The notes beneath the pieces were generated by a model, which saw only the letters and a list, made by a program, of their open reading frames with translations, was not told the DNA's origin and searched no databases. This document shows, in pieces, positions 10,201 to 20,140 of a DNA stretch of 64,000 nt (positions within the stretch are counted from its first letter, which is position 1; every line of letters starts with the position of its first letter). A program made the position numbers and the translations under genes. The stretch covers positions 64,001 to 128,000 of the forward strand of contig JBHLJY010000006.1 in NCBI GenBank assembly GCA_048887225.1, written 5' to 3'. The stretch is from Candidatus Hodarchaeota archaeon (GTDB lineage: Archaea > Asgardarchaeota > Lokiarchaeia > Sigyniarchaeales > SOKP01).

Positions 10201-11352
10201 ATGACAAATTTAGGTAAAGTAGCAATTGTAGGAGTAGCACAGACAAAATATGAAGAAGAAAAGATTGATCAACCCTACTCTGAATTAGTTTTCGAAGTTG
10301 TTAAGAAACTATACAACGAATTAGGATTAGCAAAAGAAGATATTGGCTGTGTTATTACTAGTTCCAACGATTTCAACGATGGGAGAACAATTGCTAATAT
10401 GGCAATTCAAGATGCTGTAGGATCAGTTAAGAAATCGGAATCAAGAGTTTCTGGGGATGGGGCTTTTGCGTATGTTTACGGTGCAATGAGAATACTTTCG
10501 GAAGAATACGATACTGTAATGGTTGTTTCACATACAAAATGCTCCGAAGTCAACCAATATTTAATAAATAATAGTATTTTTGATCCATATTATCAAAGAG
10601 CTTTAGGATTAGATCAAATCTCAGCAGCAGGATTAATGGCCAATATGTACATGAAAAAATATGGCGTAACTGAGGAACAAGCTGCCAAAATAGTTGTAAA
10701 AAATAGAAAAAATGCGTTAAATAATCCTTACGCTCATTTACAAAGAGAAGTTTCTATTGAAGATGTACTTAATTCACCTATGATAGCATATCCTCTTAAA
10801 GAACTTGATTTTCCACCTTTCTCTGACGGTGCGGTTGCAATACTCCTAACAAACGAAGAAAACGCTAAAAAATTTTCAGATAAACCAGTTTGGCTTAAAG
10901 GATACGGAAGTTGCACTGATGCATATTATCTCGGACATCGTAATATGACAGATTTAATCGGTTTGGAACTCGCTGCTAAGGAGGCGTATAAAATGGCGGG
11001 AATTAACAACCCAGTTAAAGAGATAGATGTAGCAGAAGTATACGACGCTTTTTCTGTCCATGAACTAATGAGCTATGAAGCCTTAGGACTCTGTGAAAAA
11101 GGAGAAGGCGGTAAATTCATTGATAGCGGCGAGACTCAAATGAATGGATCGATTCCTGTGAATCCCTCTGGAGGCGTTTTATCAGGCAATCCAACAATGG
11201 CTAATGGACTTATTCGAGTGGCTGAAATTGCTTTACAATTAATGGGTAAGGCTAATAAACGTCAAATTCCAGACGCAAAATTGGGATTAGCAAATGGTAT
11301 GAATGGTATTTGTTCCCAAGGAAATTGCGTACTTATACTTGGAGGTGAATAA
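10201..11352 (+). CDS. SCP-x/Ltp4-like thiolase-fold protein (xDG type), module 3
   Basis: ESRVSGDGAFA, VKNRKNA, YDAF, NPSGG. Confidence 0.9.
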   Translation: MTNLGKVAIVGVAQTKYEEEKIDQPYSELVFEVVKKLYNELGLAKEDIGCVITSSNDFNDGRTIANMAIQDAVGSVKKSESRVSGDGAFAYVYGAMRILSEEYDTVMVVSHTKCSEVNQYLINNSIFDPYYQRALGLDQISAAGLMANMYMKKYGVTEEQAAKIVVKNRKNALNNPYAHLQREVSIEDVLNSPMIAYPLKELDFPPFSDGAVAILLTNEENAKKFSDKPVWLKGYGSCTDAYYLGHRNMTDLIGLELAAKEAYKMAGINNPVKEIDVAEVYDAFSVHELMSYEALGLCEKGEGGKFIDSGETQMNGSIPVNPSGGVLSGNPTMANGLIRVAEIALQLMGKANKRQIPDAKLGLANGMNGICSQGNCVLILGGE

Positions 11353-11355
11353 AAA

Positions 11356-12522
11356 ATGCCTAAGCATGATGTAGCAGTAGTAGGTATAGGTCAAACAAAA
11401 TATAGAAGTAAAAGAAGAGATGTTAACATTCCTGAGATGATTTACGAAGCAGTTAAGATGGCGCTTGACGATGCCAAACTCGAACCAAAAGATATAGATG
11501 CGATATTAATTGGAAATATGGATCATTTCGAAGGTGTCAATTTTTCTGAGATGTGGTGTGGAATTGATGCTGCCCCTGGATATCTTAAACCTGTAGTGAA
11601 AGTTGCAACTGGTGGAACTACAGGATCATCACTGGCAATATGTGGATACTATAATGTAGCATCAGGAATTTATAACAAGGTTCTAGTTGTAGGATGGGAA
11701 AAGTTAAATGAAGGTGGAGCAACCACTGGTATTATTACGGCATTCGATCCTGTATGGGAAAGACCATCTTTGGCAGGAGCACTAGGACCCCTTGCTCTTA
11801 TGGCAGGCATATATGCTGATAAGTATGGAATAACCTCAGAACAAGCAGCTAAAGTCACTGTTAAAAATCGTAGCAACGCTGCTAATAATCCATTCGCACA
11901 TTTACAAATGCCTAATATTACTATAGATTATGTTATGAGTTCACAAATGATATCTTATCCTTTAAGATTGCATGATGTTTGTCCTCAAAGCGAAGGTGCG
12001 TGTGCAGTTATTTATGCAAACGAGGAAGAAGCTAAAAAAATTACAGATAACCCAGCTTATTTCCACTCAGTAGCAACTGCTCATTATTACACTTTCGGTT
12101 GTGATGATTTAATGTACAACCTCCCTTCAGCAACAATTGCTTCTAAAAATGCGTATAAAAAGGCAGGAATTAAAAATCCTATAAAAGATTTGGATGTTGC
12201 TGAAATTTATGAACCCACAAGTTGGAGTGAATTAGCTTGGACAGAAGCCTTAGGATTTGCTGATTTTGGTCAAGGTGGAAGTTTATTAGATGAAGGAATT
12301 ACTCAAATTAGCGGAGAACTCCCCGTAAATCCTTCAGGAGGAGTTTTAAGCACTAATCCCATAGGCGCTACGGCATTAATCCGAGTGGCTGAAGCTGCAA
12401 CCCAAGTTATGGGTCGGGGTGGAAAACGACAAGTTCCTGATGCGGAAACTGCCTTATCCATGGGATTTGGTGGTAGTCTTTGGACTGAGCTTATGATATT
12501 AGGAAAAGAACCGTTGAGGTGA
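11356..12522 (+). CDS. SCP-x/Ltp3-like thiolase-fold protein (GGT type), module 3
   Basis: ATGGTTG, CPQSEGA, NPSGGVLSTNPIG. Confidence 0.9.
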   Translation: MPKHDVAVVGIGQTKYRSKRRDVNIPEMIYEAVKMALDDAKLEPKDIDAILIGNMDHFEGVNFSEMWCGIDAAPGYLKPVVKVATGGTTGSSLAICGYYNVASGIYNKVLVVGWEKLNEGGATTGIITAFDPVWERPSLAGALGPLALMAGIYADKYGITSEQAAKVTVKNRSNAANNPFAHLQMPNITIDYVMSSQMISYPLRLHDVCPQSEGACAVIYANEEEAKKITDNPAYFHSVATAHYYTFGCDDLMYNLPSATIASKNAYKKAGIKNPIKDLDVAEIYEPTSWSELAWTEALGFADFGQGGSLLDEGITQISGELPVNPSGGVLSTNPIGATALIRVAEAATQVMGRGGKRQVPDAETALSMGFGGSLWTELMILGKEPLR

Positions 12523-12527
12523 TTATT

Positions 12528-13016
12528 ATGAGTAGAAAAAAAGGTCAAGAAAAAGCTTTTGAGATTAGATGGAAAACTGATTTGTCTTATAGATATTCTA
12601 TTGGTAAATTGGCTGTAAAATTTTTTGAAGAACTCAAGGAAAGCGGGAAATTGCTGGGTAGTAAATGTCCAAAATGCGAAAAGGTTCATTTTCCGCCTCG
12701 AGCTGTGTGTGTAAAATGCTTTATTGAAATGACATTAAATGATATGGTTGAGGTTTCCCCAGAAGGCACATTAGTAGGCTTCACTGTGATTAACTATCCT
12801 TTTGTTGATCCAAATACAGGAGCAACGCGTCCTTTTCCTTACGGCTATGGCTTATTTCAATTGGACGGGGCAGATACATATACAATGCATTTTATTGATG
12901 AGACAGATTATACAAAAATGAAGGTTGGACAACGCGTTGAAGCAGTATTCAAAGAGAAAAGAGAAGGGAATTCAGGAGATATTCAATATTTTAAAATTAT
13001 AAAAAAAGAGGAATGA
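12528..13016 (+). CDS. DUF35 Zn-ribbon/OB-fold protein
   Basis: CPKC..FPPRAVCVKC, VGQRVEAVF. Confidence 0.9.
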   Translation: MSRKKGQEKAFEIRWKTDLSYRYSIGKLAVKFFEELKESGKLLGSKCPKCEKVHFPPRAVCVKCFIEMTLNDMVEVSPEGTLVGFTVINYPFVDPNTGATRPFPYGYGLFQLDGADTYTMHFIDETDYTKMKVGQRVEAVFKEKREGNSGDIQYFKIIKKEE

Positions 13017-13033
13017 AATTAGAGGTGCAAAAA

Positions 13034-13483
13034 ATGAGTGAAGAAATTGAGAAGAAAGTTTTTAGAGGTAAAATTAAACTAACATATAAACATGTTGGCG
13101 GTGCATATGTTGAAAGATTTTTCAAAGAAATTGGAAAAAATAAAAAAATAATGGGTGTTAGGTGTCCGAAGTGTAGTAAGGTGTATATTCCTCCTAAAAT
13201 GATTTGTTTTGAATGTTTTGAAAAGATGGAAGAATGGGTTGAGGTCGGGAACCAAGGAACGATTAAAGGATTTACAGTTGTTACGCATTCAACTCCAGTT
13301 ATGCCTTTAAACCCTCCATTTGCTTATGCGATAATTACACTCGATGGAGCTAATACTGATTTTGTACATATTATAAAAGAAAGCGATCCAAAAAAGCTCA
13401 ATATCGGTATGCGAGTTGAGGCTGTTTTTAAACAGAAACCGAGAAAAAGAATACTAGATATTGAATATTTCCAACCAATTTAA
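13034..13483 (+). CDS. DUF35 Zn-ribbon/OB-fold protein
   Basis: CPKC..IPPKMICFEC, IGMRVEAVF. Confidence 0.9.
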   Translation: MSEEIEKKVFRGKIKLTYKHVGGAYVERFFKEIGKNKKIMGVRCPKCSKVYIPPKMICFECFEKMEEWVEVGNQGTIKGFTVVTHSTPVMPLNPPFAYAIITLDGANTDFVHIIKESDPKKLNIGMRVEAVFKQKPRKRILDIEYFQPI

Positions 13484-13516
13484 TATTTTTTTTATTATAA
13501 TAAAAATAAAAAATAC

Positions 13517-14329
13517 TTAGAGATTTTCAAGAAATTCTCCTAATACTTTGTAATATTCTTCTTGAGCTTCATAATTCACCATATGCCCTATATTTGGTGA
13601 GAAAACTACTAATTTAGAGTTAGGAATTTTCTCACTCAAAATTTTCGAACCTTCTGGAAGAATATATTTATCTTTTTCTCCCGTTAGGATTAATGTAGGA
13701 ACATCTATCGTATGAATTTTATTTTCGACATTATAATTATTCACAATAGCATTCATAGTTCTAAATCCAATAAATTCTTCGTTTTCAAGCGTTTTTTCGA
13801 TGAATTCTTCTATTAATTTTGGATTCTGCTTTATATATTTTCGATTAAAACATAGTTTAGTGTGAATGTTTTCAATCGAGGATCGTTCTATGAATTTCAT
13901 TTTTCCCGCCCTTAAATCTTCAATATATTGAACTAAGCCTGGGTTGTCTAATCTTGCAGTTGTTGACATCAATACCAATCCTCCTAATCTTTTTGCTAAT
14001 GCAGGAGTAGTAGCATATGTTAGAGCAATCATTCCACCCATGCTATGACCATGTAATATAATTTTTTCATCGCCTATAATTTTTAAAAGAGCCTGTTCAA
14101 CGTATCTTGCCAGATCGATTAGTTCATATGATTCATTTTCGGGTTTATCACTTTTTCCATGTCCAAGGTGGTCTAACGCAATGACCCTATATTTATTTGA
14201 AAAATGTTCAACTTGGTCCTCGTAAATCCATGAACAACCAAGAAATCCGTGAATATAAACAAGATTTTTTCCTTTACCTTTATCTATATAATTTATTTTA
14301 TATCCCTTATCAATTTCTACAGTTGGCAT
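13517..14329 (-). CDS. Alpha/beta hydrolase
   Basis: IHGF, DHLGHGKS, GHSMGG nucleophile elbow, C-terminal GH. Confidence 0.9.
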   Translation of the reverse strand: MPTVEIDKGYKINYIDKGKGKNLVYIHGFLGCSWIYEDQVEHFSNKYRVIALDHLGHGKSDKPENESYELIDLARYVEQALLKIIGDEKIILHGHSMGGMIALTYATTPALAKRLGGLVLMSTTARLDNPGLVQYIEDLRAGKMKFIERSSIENIHTKLCFNRKYIKQNPKLIEEFIEKTLENEEFIGFRTMNAIVNNYNVENKIHTIDVPTLILTGEKDKYILPEGSKILSEKIPNSKLVVFSPNIGHMVNYEAQEEYYKVLGEFLENL

Positions 14330-14500
14330 AAAAATCTTTTTTTTTTTAATTTTTCAACTTAAATTAAGTTTATTTTTAAGAGAAATATTTTAATAGACTA
14401 TAAATAGCTTATAATTTGTTGACCCAATATAAATAAATTATGTATTTTTATTTTAGGTAGTTTAACTTAAGAACCTAAGATTATATATAAGTGAAAAAAT

Positions 14501-15610
14501 ATGTCTAAAAAATTTTGGTATAAGGTGGCAAGAACTATTGTAAAGGCTGGAGCGTTTCCTTTCCCTATTACAGATACTCTCATTGAATTTTTACAAACCG
14601 TGATCACAGAAGAACAAGCAAAATTTATCTTGATTTTTAAGAAATCCTCTTTAAATATTGATCAAATTAAAGCAAGAACTGATTTAGACGACGATGAATT
14701 AGATAAAATGCTGAATGAATTAATGCACAATGGAATAGTAATCAGTGCTCCCAGCAGAAGTACTGGTATAATGGTTTACCGCCTCATGGGCCCATATCCA
14801 GGTATTTTTGAATACTCGTTAATGAGAGGTAAAACGGACGATAGATATAAAAAATTAGCACAATTAGCAGAAAGGTTATTTGATGAATTAGGTGCGAAAT
14901 CTCAGCAGAATTATGAGAGTATCTCAAAATTGTATAAACAAGTACCTGCGGTTGATAGAACCGTTCCAGTTGAAAAAGAGGTTGAAGTTGGTACTGAAGT
15001 CGTTATGCCTTACGAAGAAATAGAAAAATATTTAGATGAATATGGAAAAGAAGAAAATAATATTGCCGTTGCTCACTGTTATTGTAGACATGAGCGCGAT
15101 CTTCTCAATAATCCCTGCAAACTTGGAGCCCCAAAAGTAAATTGCTTTCTTTTTGATAAATCCGCTAAATATGCCATTGAACGTGGCTTTGCGAGTCCTA
15201 TTTCAAAAGAGGATGCTATGAAAATTTTTAGAGAAGCTGAAGATTACGGGCTTGTTCATAAAGTTTTTCATGTTCATTCTGATCCAGAAAAAGGGATTGA
15301 AGCAATGTGTAATTGTTGCAAATGTTGTTGCGGAATTTTTCAAATGTATACCCGAGGCGTGACACCATTTCATACAATTAGTTCTTACATATCGAGAGTT
15401 AGCGAAGACGATTGCGTTGGCTGTGGAACATGTGTAGAAAAGTGTCCTTTGGAAGCTGTCGAATTAGAGGATTCCATTGCTGTAGTAAATAAAGATTTAT
15501 GTATAGGATGCGGTGTTTGTGCCCATCATTGTTCTGAAGAAGCAATACATCTTGAAAGGATAGGTCCTAGAGATGTATATATTCCTCTGAAAAAAATCAC
15601 GATAAATTAA
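14501..15610 (+). CDS. 4Fe-4S dicluster ferredoxin-domain protein
   Basis: CYCR, CNCCKCCC, two CxxCxxCxxxC motifs at the C-terminus. Confidence 0.85.
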   Translation: MSKKFWYKVARTIVKAGAFPFPITDTLIEFLQTVITEEQAKFILIFKKSSLNIDQIKARTDLDDDELDKMLNELMHNGIVISAPSRSTGIMVYRLMGPYPGIFEYSLMRGKTDDRYKKLAQLAERLFDELGAKSQQNYESISKLYKQVPAVDRTVPVEKEVEVGTEVVMPYEEIEKYLDEYGKEENNIAVAHCYCRHERDLLNNPCKLGAPKVNCFLFDKSAKYAIERGFASPISKEDAMKIFREAEDYGLVHKVFHVHSDPEKGIEAMCNCCKCCCGIFQMYTRGVTPFHTISSYISRVSEDDCVGCGTCVEKCPLEAVELEDSIAVVNKDLCIGCGVCAHHCSEEAIHLERIGPRDVYIPLKKITIN

Positions 15611-15712
15611 AACATTTATTTGCTTTAGTAAATTTTTCTCTTCAAAATTAAAGATTTGTTTGTTCATTATAGATGATCATAACATATCAAATTTAAAAAA
15701 AGGTGGAATTTA

Positions 15713-17026
15713 ATGTCAAGAAGAGATATTGCTTGGTACGAGAATGAAGAATTAAAAACATTATATCTAAAAGCAGCTACTCAGGCTTTTACAGGATATC
15801 ATTGTCCAATTTCCTCGCCAAAAATAACTTATGTGGGAACAAATAGCTTAATAGATTTAATTAATCAATCAGCAGCTTGTTTGCCTGCTGACAATAAGCG
15901 TGTTTTAATCGTAGTTGATAAGGATCTGAGAAAATTCGCAGAAAATGTAGCTGAAAAGTTAGATTCATTAAAAGGCATTGACAGCAAAATTTTTGATAAT
16001 ATTCATCCTGATGTACCAAAAAATACGGTTTTTGACGGTGTTAAAGCATGTGAAGAATACGACCCGAAAGGTATGATTGTGATAGGGGGAGGTTCAGCAA
16101 TGGATACTGCTAAAATGATTTTATTATTTTATGAACAACCCAATATCAACCTAAATAATTTAATGGTTCCAAGTTATTTAGGATTGCGTAAAAAGATATA
16201 TTATATGGCAGCCATACCTACTACTAGTGGAACGGGATCTGAAGCAACACCTCTATCGGTAATAACAGATACAGATAGGGACCCCCCTAAAAAAACTGTA
16301 GTATATGCTTATGAACTTGTTTTTGATTTTGTTGCCTTATATCCCGAATTTGTAAAAACGATGCCTCCATACTTAACTATGGGAACAGGAATGGACGCTT
16401 TAGCACACGCAATGGGTGCTCTTGTTCTAAACAGAAGTAATGTTTTCTGCGATATGCATGATTTAAAAGCTATTGAATTAATTTTAAAGTATCTTCCACG
16501 AGCTGTAAAAAGAGGAAATGATATGGAAGCTCGAGAAAAAATGCAATGGGCAGCATATATTGCTGGAATCGGTTTTGGCAATATTTCTGCCGGGGTTGAA
16601 CATTCATTAGGACACTCATTTGGTGCTTTATTTCATATTCATCATGGTGTGTCTGTGGGGATCTTTCTGGCTCCTTCAGTAGCTTATCAATCAAAAGTTA
16701 CTGATCGAGTTTTAGAGATTGCGAAAGTATGGGATATTGAAACAAAGAATAGGAAAAAAGATGAGATCTTGAGAGAATTATTTGAAAAATTACAGACATT
16801 TATGAAAAAAATAGGGGCTCCTGTATCTATTCAAGAGATTGAGAGACCAAAGAAAATAAGTCGAGAAGAATACATAAAAAAAATAGAAAAAATGGTTGAT
16901 TATACCTATAGAGACATTGATACATTATTTTCTACCCGGAAATTGGATCCTCCCCAAATTCGGAAGATATTAGAAATTGCTTATGAAAATAAAATAGAAG
17001 ATTTAATGGAATTATATTATAAGTAA
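15713..17026 (+). CDS. Iron-containing alcohol dehydrogenase
   Basis: GGGSAMD, PTTSGTGSE, DALAH, HSLGH, HHG. Confidence 0.92.
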   Translation: MSRRDIAWYENEELKTLYLKAATQAFTGYHCPISSPKITYVGTNSLIDLINQSAACLPADNKRVLIVVDKDLRKFAENVAEKLDSLKGIDSKIFDNIHPDVPKNTVFDGVKACEEYDPKGMIVIGGGSAMDTAKMILLFYEQPNINLNNLMVPSYLGLRKKIYYMAAIPTTSGTGSEATPLSVITDTDRDPPKKTVVYAYELVFDFVALYPEFVKTMPPYLTMGTGMDALAHAMGALVLNRSNVFCDMHDLKAIELILKYLPRAVKRGNDMEAREKMQWAAYIAGIGFGNISAGVEHSLGHSFGALFHIHHGVSVGIFLAPSVAYQSKVTDRVLEIAKVWDIETKNRKKDEILRELFEKLQTFMKKIGAPVSIQEIERPKKISREEYIKKIEKMVDYTYRDIDTLFSTRKLDPPQIRKILEIAYENKIEDLMELYYK

Positions 17027-17038
17027 GAGAGATAAGAA

Positions 17039-18901
17039 ATGAGTGAAAAATTATTAGGTTATAATGGAAAAATTGCTTATATAGATTTAAACAAATTGAA
17101 AGTAGAAATAAAAGACCTTGATCCTAAAATAGCTGAAGATTATATTGGTGGAGTGGGATTATCAGCGAAAATTATTTATGATTTGCTGTCTGATGCTGAT
17201 TATGAAACATTAAAAAAAGACCCGCTTTCAAGTATTAATCCGCTAGTTTTCGCAACGGGACCATTGACAGGATCAACAACACCTTCCAGTAGTAGATATT
17301 CTGTTTCAAGTATCTCTCCTTTAACGGGTATTTGGGGTGAATCCACATCAGGAGGTTTTTTTCCCATAGCTTTAAAAAGATCTGGATTTGATGCTATTGT
17401 AATAACAGGAGAATCCAATAAACCCATATATATCTATATTGAAAATGGAGAAGTCCAATTTAAAGAAGCTAATACGATTTGGGGAAAAAATACTAAAGAA
17501 ACAATCGAAACTATTAAAAAAGAACTTAACGATGACCGAATACGCGTAGCTTGTATAGGTAAAGCGGGAGAAAACTTAGTAAAATACTCAGCTATTATTA
17601 ATGATGAAGGAAGGGCCACTGGAAGATGTGGAATGGGTACATTAATGGGTAAGAAAAAATTAAAAGCTTTAGCAATTAAAGGAAATCAAAATATTGAATA
17701 CGCTGATAGAAATGCACTAATAGAAAGTGGAAAAACTGCTCTAAAAGGTATTAAAGGCATTTTTCAGTATAATTTTATATCTCACTATGGAACTTTATGT
17801 TATACAGATATAGGAGCGATTTTTGGAGATGTACCTGTTAATTATTTTACAGAAACGGAATTTCTCGCAGAAAAATTAACTGGAAGAGCTTTAAAAGAGC
17901 AATACCCTGTTCTAAGTTATGCTTGCGCTGGATGTACAATTGGATGTGGACGGACAACTATTGCAGAGATAGATGGAGTAGAAACTGAAATTGATGGTCC
18001 TGAATATGAAACAACAATGACTTTCGGTCCTTTATGTGGGATCATTGATTTTGAGCATGTACTTAAATGTAATCATATTAGTAATTTAGAAGGAGTTGAT
18101 ACAATTTCCAGTGGAGTTTCTATAGCTTTTTTAATTTATCTTGTTGAAAATAAAATTGCTCTCGATAATATTTCAAAATATTTATCAAATATCAAATTAG
18201 AAGAAATTTATTGGGCAAATGAAGAAGTTGTAATAAAACTATTAAATCAAATTATAAACAGAGAAGGAATAGGAGATCTCCTTGCTGAAGGCGTAAGAAT
18301 TATGGCTGAAAAACTTGGTGTTGACCCTGACTTAGCGGCTCATGTAAAAGGTTTAGAAATACCTATGCATGATCCAAGAGCATATTTAGGACAAGCCCTT
18401 AGCTACATGACTGCATGTGTTGGAGCGAATCATTGTAAAGGAGATTTCTATGCTATTGATAGTGAATTTTTTTCATTTGGGAAAATACGGAGTGGTGATC
18501 GGTTTAAAATCGACGGCCGAGAACCATTAGTTATAGAACTTCAAGATTTAAGAAGCGTTTACGACTCAGCCGTTACTTGTGTCTGGGCAGCTATTAATAT
18601 AGCAAATTACTCCAAATTATTAAAAGCCTCAACCGGATGTAAGAGTTTAGGAAATAAGAAAAAGGTGATTATAGCAGGAGAGCGAGCGAATAATCTCAAA
18701 AGATTAATCTCTTGTAAGTTAGGTTGTAAGAGAGAAGATGATTATTTACCAAAAATTGTTACAGAAGCTTTAAAAAGTGGAAGTAGTGCTGGTATTAAAG
18801 TTGATTTAGAAGATAACCTAAAGACTTATTATCAAATCCGAGGTTGGGACTGGGAAACAGGCTGGCCAACTAAAGAAAAATTAGATGAATTAGGAATATA
18901 A
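17039..18901 (+). CDS. Aldehyde:ferredoxin oxidoreductase (W/Mo AOR family)
   Basis: SPLTG, GRCGMG, CAGCTIGC, GPEYE, HDPR, YYQIRGWD. Confidence 0.92.
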   Translation: MSEKLLGYNGKIAYIDLNKLKVEIKDLDPKIAEDYIGGVGLSAKIIYDLLSDADYETLKKDPLSSINPLVFATGPLTGSTTPSSSRYSVSSISPLTGIWGESTSGGFFPIALKRSGFDAIVITGESNKPIYIYIENGEVQFKEANTIWGKNTKETIETIKKELNDDRIRVACIGKAGENLVKYSAIINDEGRATGRCGMGTLMGKKKLKALAIKGNQNIEYADRNALIESGKTALKGIKGIFQYNFISHYGTLCYTDIGAIFGDVPVNYFTETEFLAEKLTGRALKEQYPVLSYACAGCTIGCGRTTIAEIDGVETEIDGPEYETTMTFGPLCGIIDFEHVLKCNHISNLEGVDTISSGVSIAFLIYLVENKIALDNISKYLSNIKLEEIYWANEEVVIKLLNQIINREGIGDLLAEGVRIMAEKLGVDPDLAAHVKGLEIPMHDPRAYLGQALSYMTACVGANHCKGDFYAIDSEFFSFGKIRSGDRFKIDGREPLVIELQDLRSVYDSAVTCVWAAINIANYSKLLKASTGCKSLGNKKKVIIAGERANNLKRLISCKLGCKREDDYLPKIVTEALKSGSSAGIKVDLEDNLKTYYQIRGWDWETGWPTKEKLDELGI

Positions 18902-18939
18902 ATTCTTATTAGCTTTTTATTTTTATTTTGTTTTTAAAT

Positions 18940-20136
18940 TTATGTTAGAGTTAAATCCAGATGTATATCTGTTATTGGGTAAGATATACATGGGTGGAGA
19001 TAACCGAAAATTTGGTCTACTTCTCGAATGGTTACCTCAGGTGGCACAAAAACGTTTCCCGATACTAATTTTGTTCTGCAAAAAGCACAAGCACCCGAAC
19101 GACATCCACTATTGATTAAATAACCCAATTCTTTTGTTCTCTCTAGACTATTCAATAAAGGTTCAGTACACGACGCTTCAAAAACTTTTTGTTCCTTCCT
19201 GCCTTGACTTATAAAATCTACTGTAATTTGAATTTCTTTAGTTGCGTCAATTTCTTTAGGCCAACCCATTATTTTTGTTATATCTTCAGGAACTCCATAT
19301 GCTTCGTAAAGAATACGGTGTTTCGGGACTCCCATCGCTTCTAATTCACCTTGTATAAACATATACATATCTCTATTTCCAACGACATAGAAATATTTTT
19401 CTTTAATAGAACCAGTATATTTTGAGATTATATCTTTAGTTATAAAACCACATTCTCCTGCCCAATCTGGATCTGCTGAAAGCACATATTCAACTTTAAT
19501 ATTAGGTCTTCTATTCTGAATTTCTTCTAAATCCTCTCGAAATAATATATCTGTTTCCGTCAAACACCCAAAAATCAACACAACATTTAAGGAAAACATC
19601 CTCTCAGTGATATTTCTTAACATAGACATGAAAGGAGTTATACCAGATCCGCCGGCGATAAATACTAAATTATCACCATGAAAAATTGGATTATAATAGA
19701 AATTTCCCATAGGTTCTGTTGCCTCAATTATATCACCAATTTTTAGATTATCAAGGAGATAGGGGCTAACAAATCCTCCTTCTTTTCTTTTAATACCTAG
19801 CTCGTAATATGCAAGTTGATTTGGAGAAGATACAATAGAAAAAGGACGGGAAGTTCTGACGCCATTAATTTCTACTGTAAGTCCAATGTATTGCCCAGCA
19901 CGGAACGGTGCTAAAGCTTTTTTAGGTTCTGCAGAGATAAATCGGAATAGCTTTGTATCGTGCGAAAGGCTTTCAATGTCGGTTACCTGCAATAATTGCT
20001 TTTCTGGATGTATTCGATCACATAGGTTTTCTAATCCATCAAAATACCACGGTATTGGTTGAACCTCGTCTCTCCATTTCTTTAATTTCTCTGCTTTCCT
20101 ATATTTTTTTATATCTTGATTTATATCATTATACAA
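18940..20136 (-). CDS. FNR-type FAD/NAD oxidoreductase with C-terminal 2Fe-2S domain
   Basis: RPFS, GGFVS, AGGSGITP, CRSGACAFC. Confidence 0.88.
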   Translation of the reverse strand: MYNDINQDIKKYRKAEKLKKWRDEVQPIPWYFDGLENLCDRIHPEKQLLQVTDIESLSHDTKLFRFISAEPKKALAPFRAGQYIGLTVEINGVRTSRPFSIVSSPNQLAYYELGIKRKEGGFVSPYLLDNLKIGDIIEATEPMGNFYYNPIFHGDNLVFIAGGSGITPFMSMLRNITERMFSLNVVLIFGCLTETDILFREDLEEIQNRRPNIKVEYVLSADPDWAGECGFITKDIISKYTGSIKEKYFYVVGNRDMYMFIQGELEAMGVPKHRILYEAYGVPEDITKIMGWPKEIDATKEIQITVDFISQGRKEQKVFEASCTEPLLNSLERTKELGYLINSGCRSGACAFCRTKLVSGNVFVPPEVTIREVDQIFGYLHPCISYPITDIHLDLTLT

Positions 20137-20140
20137 TCTT

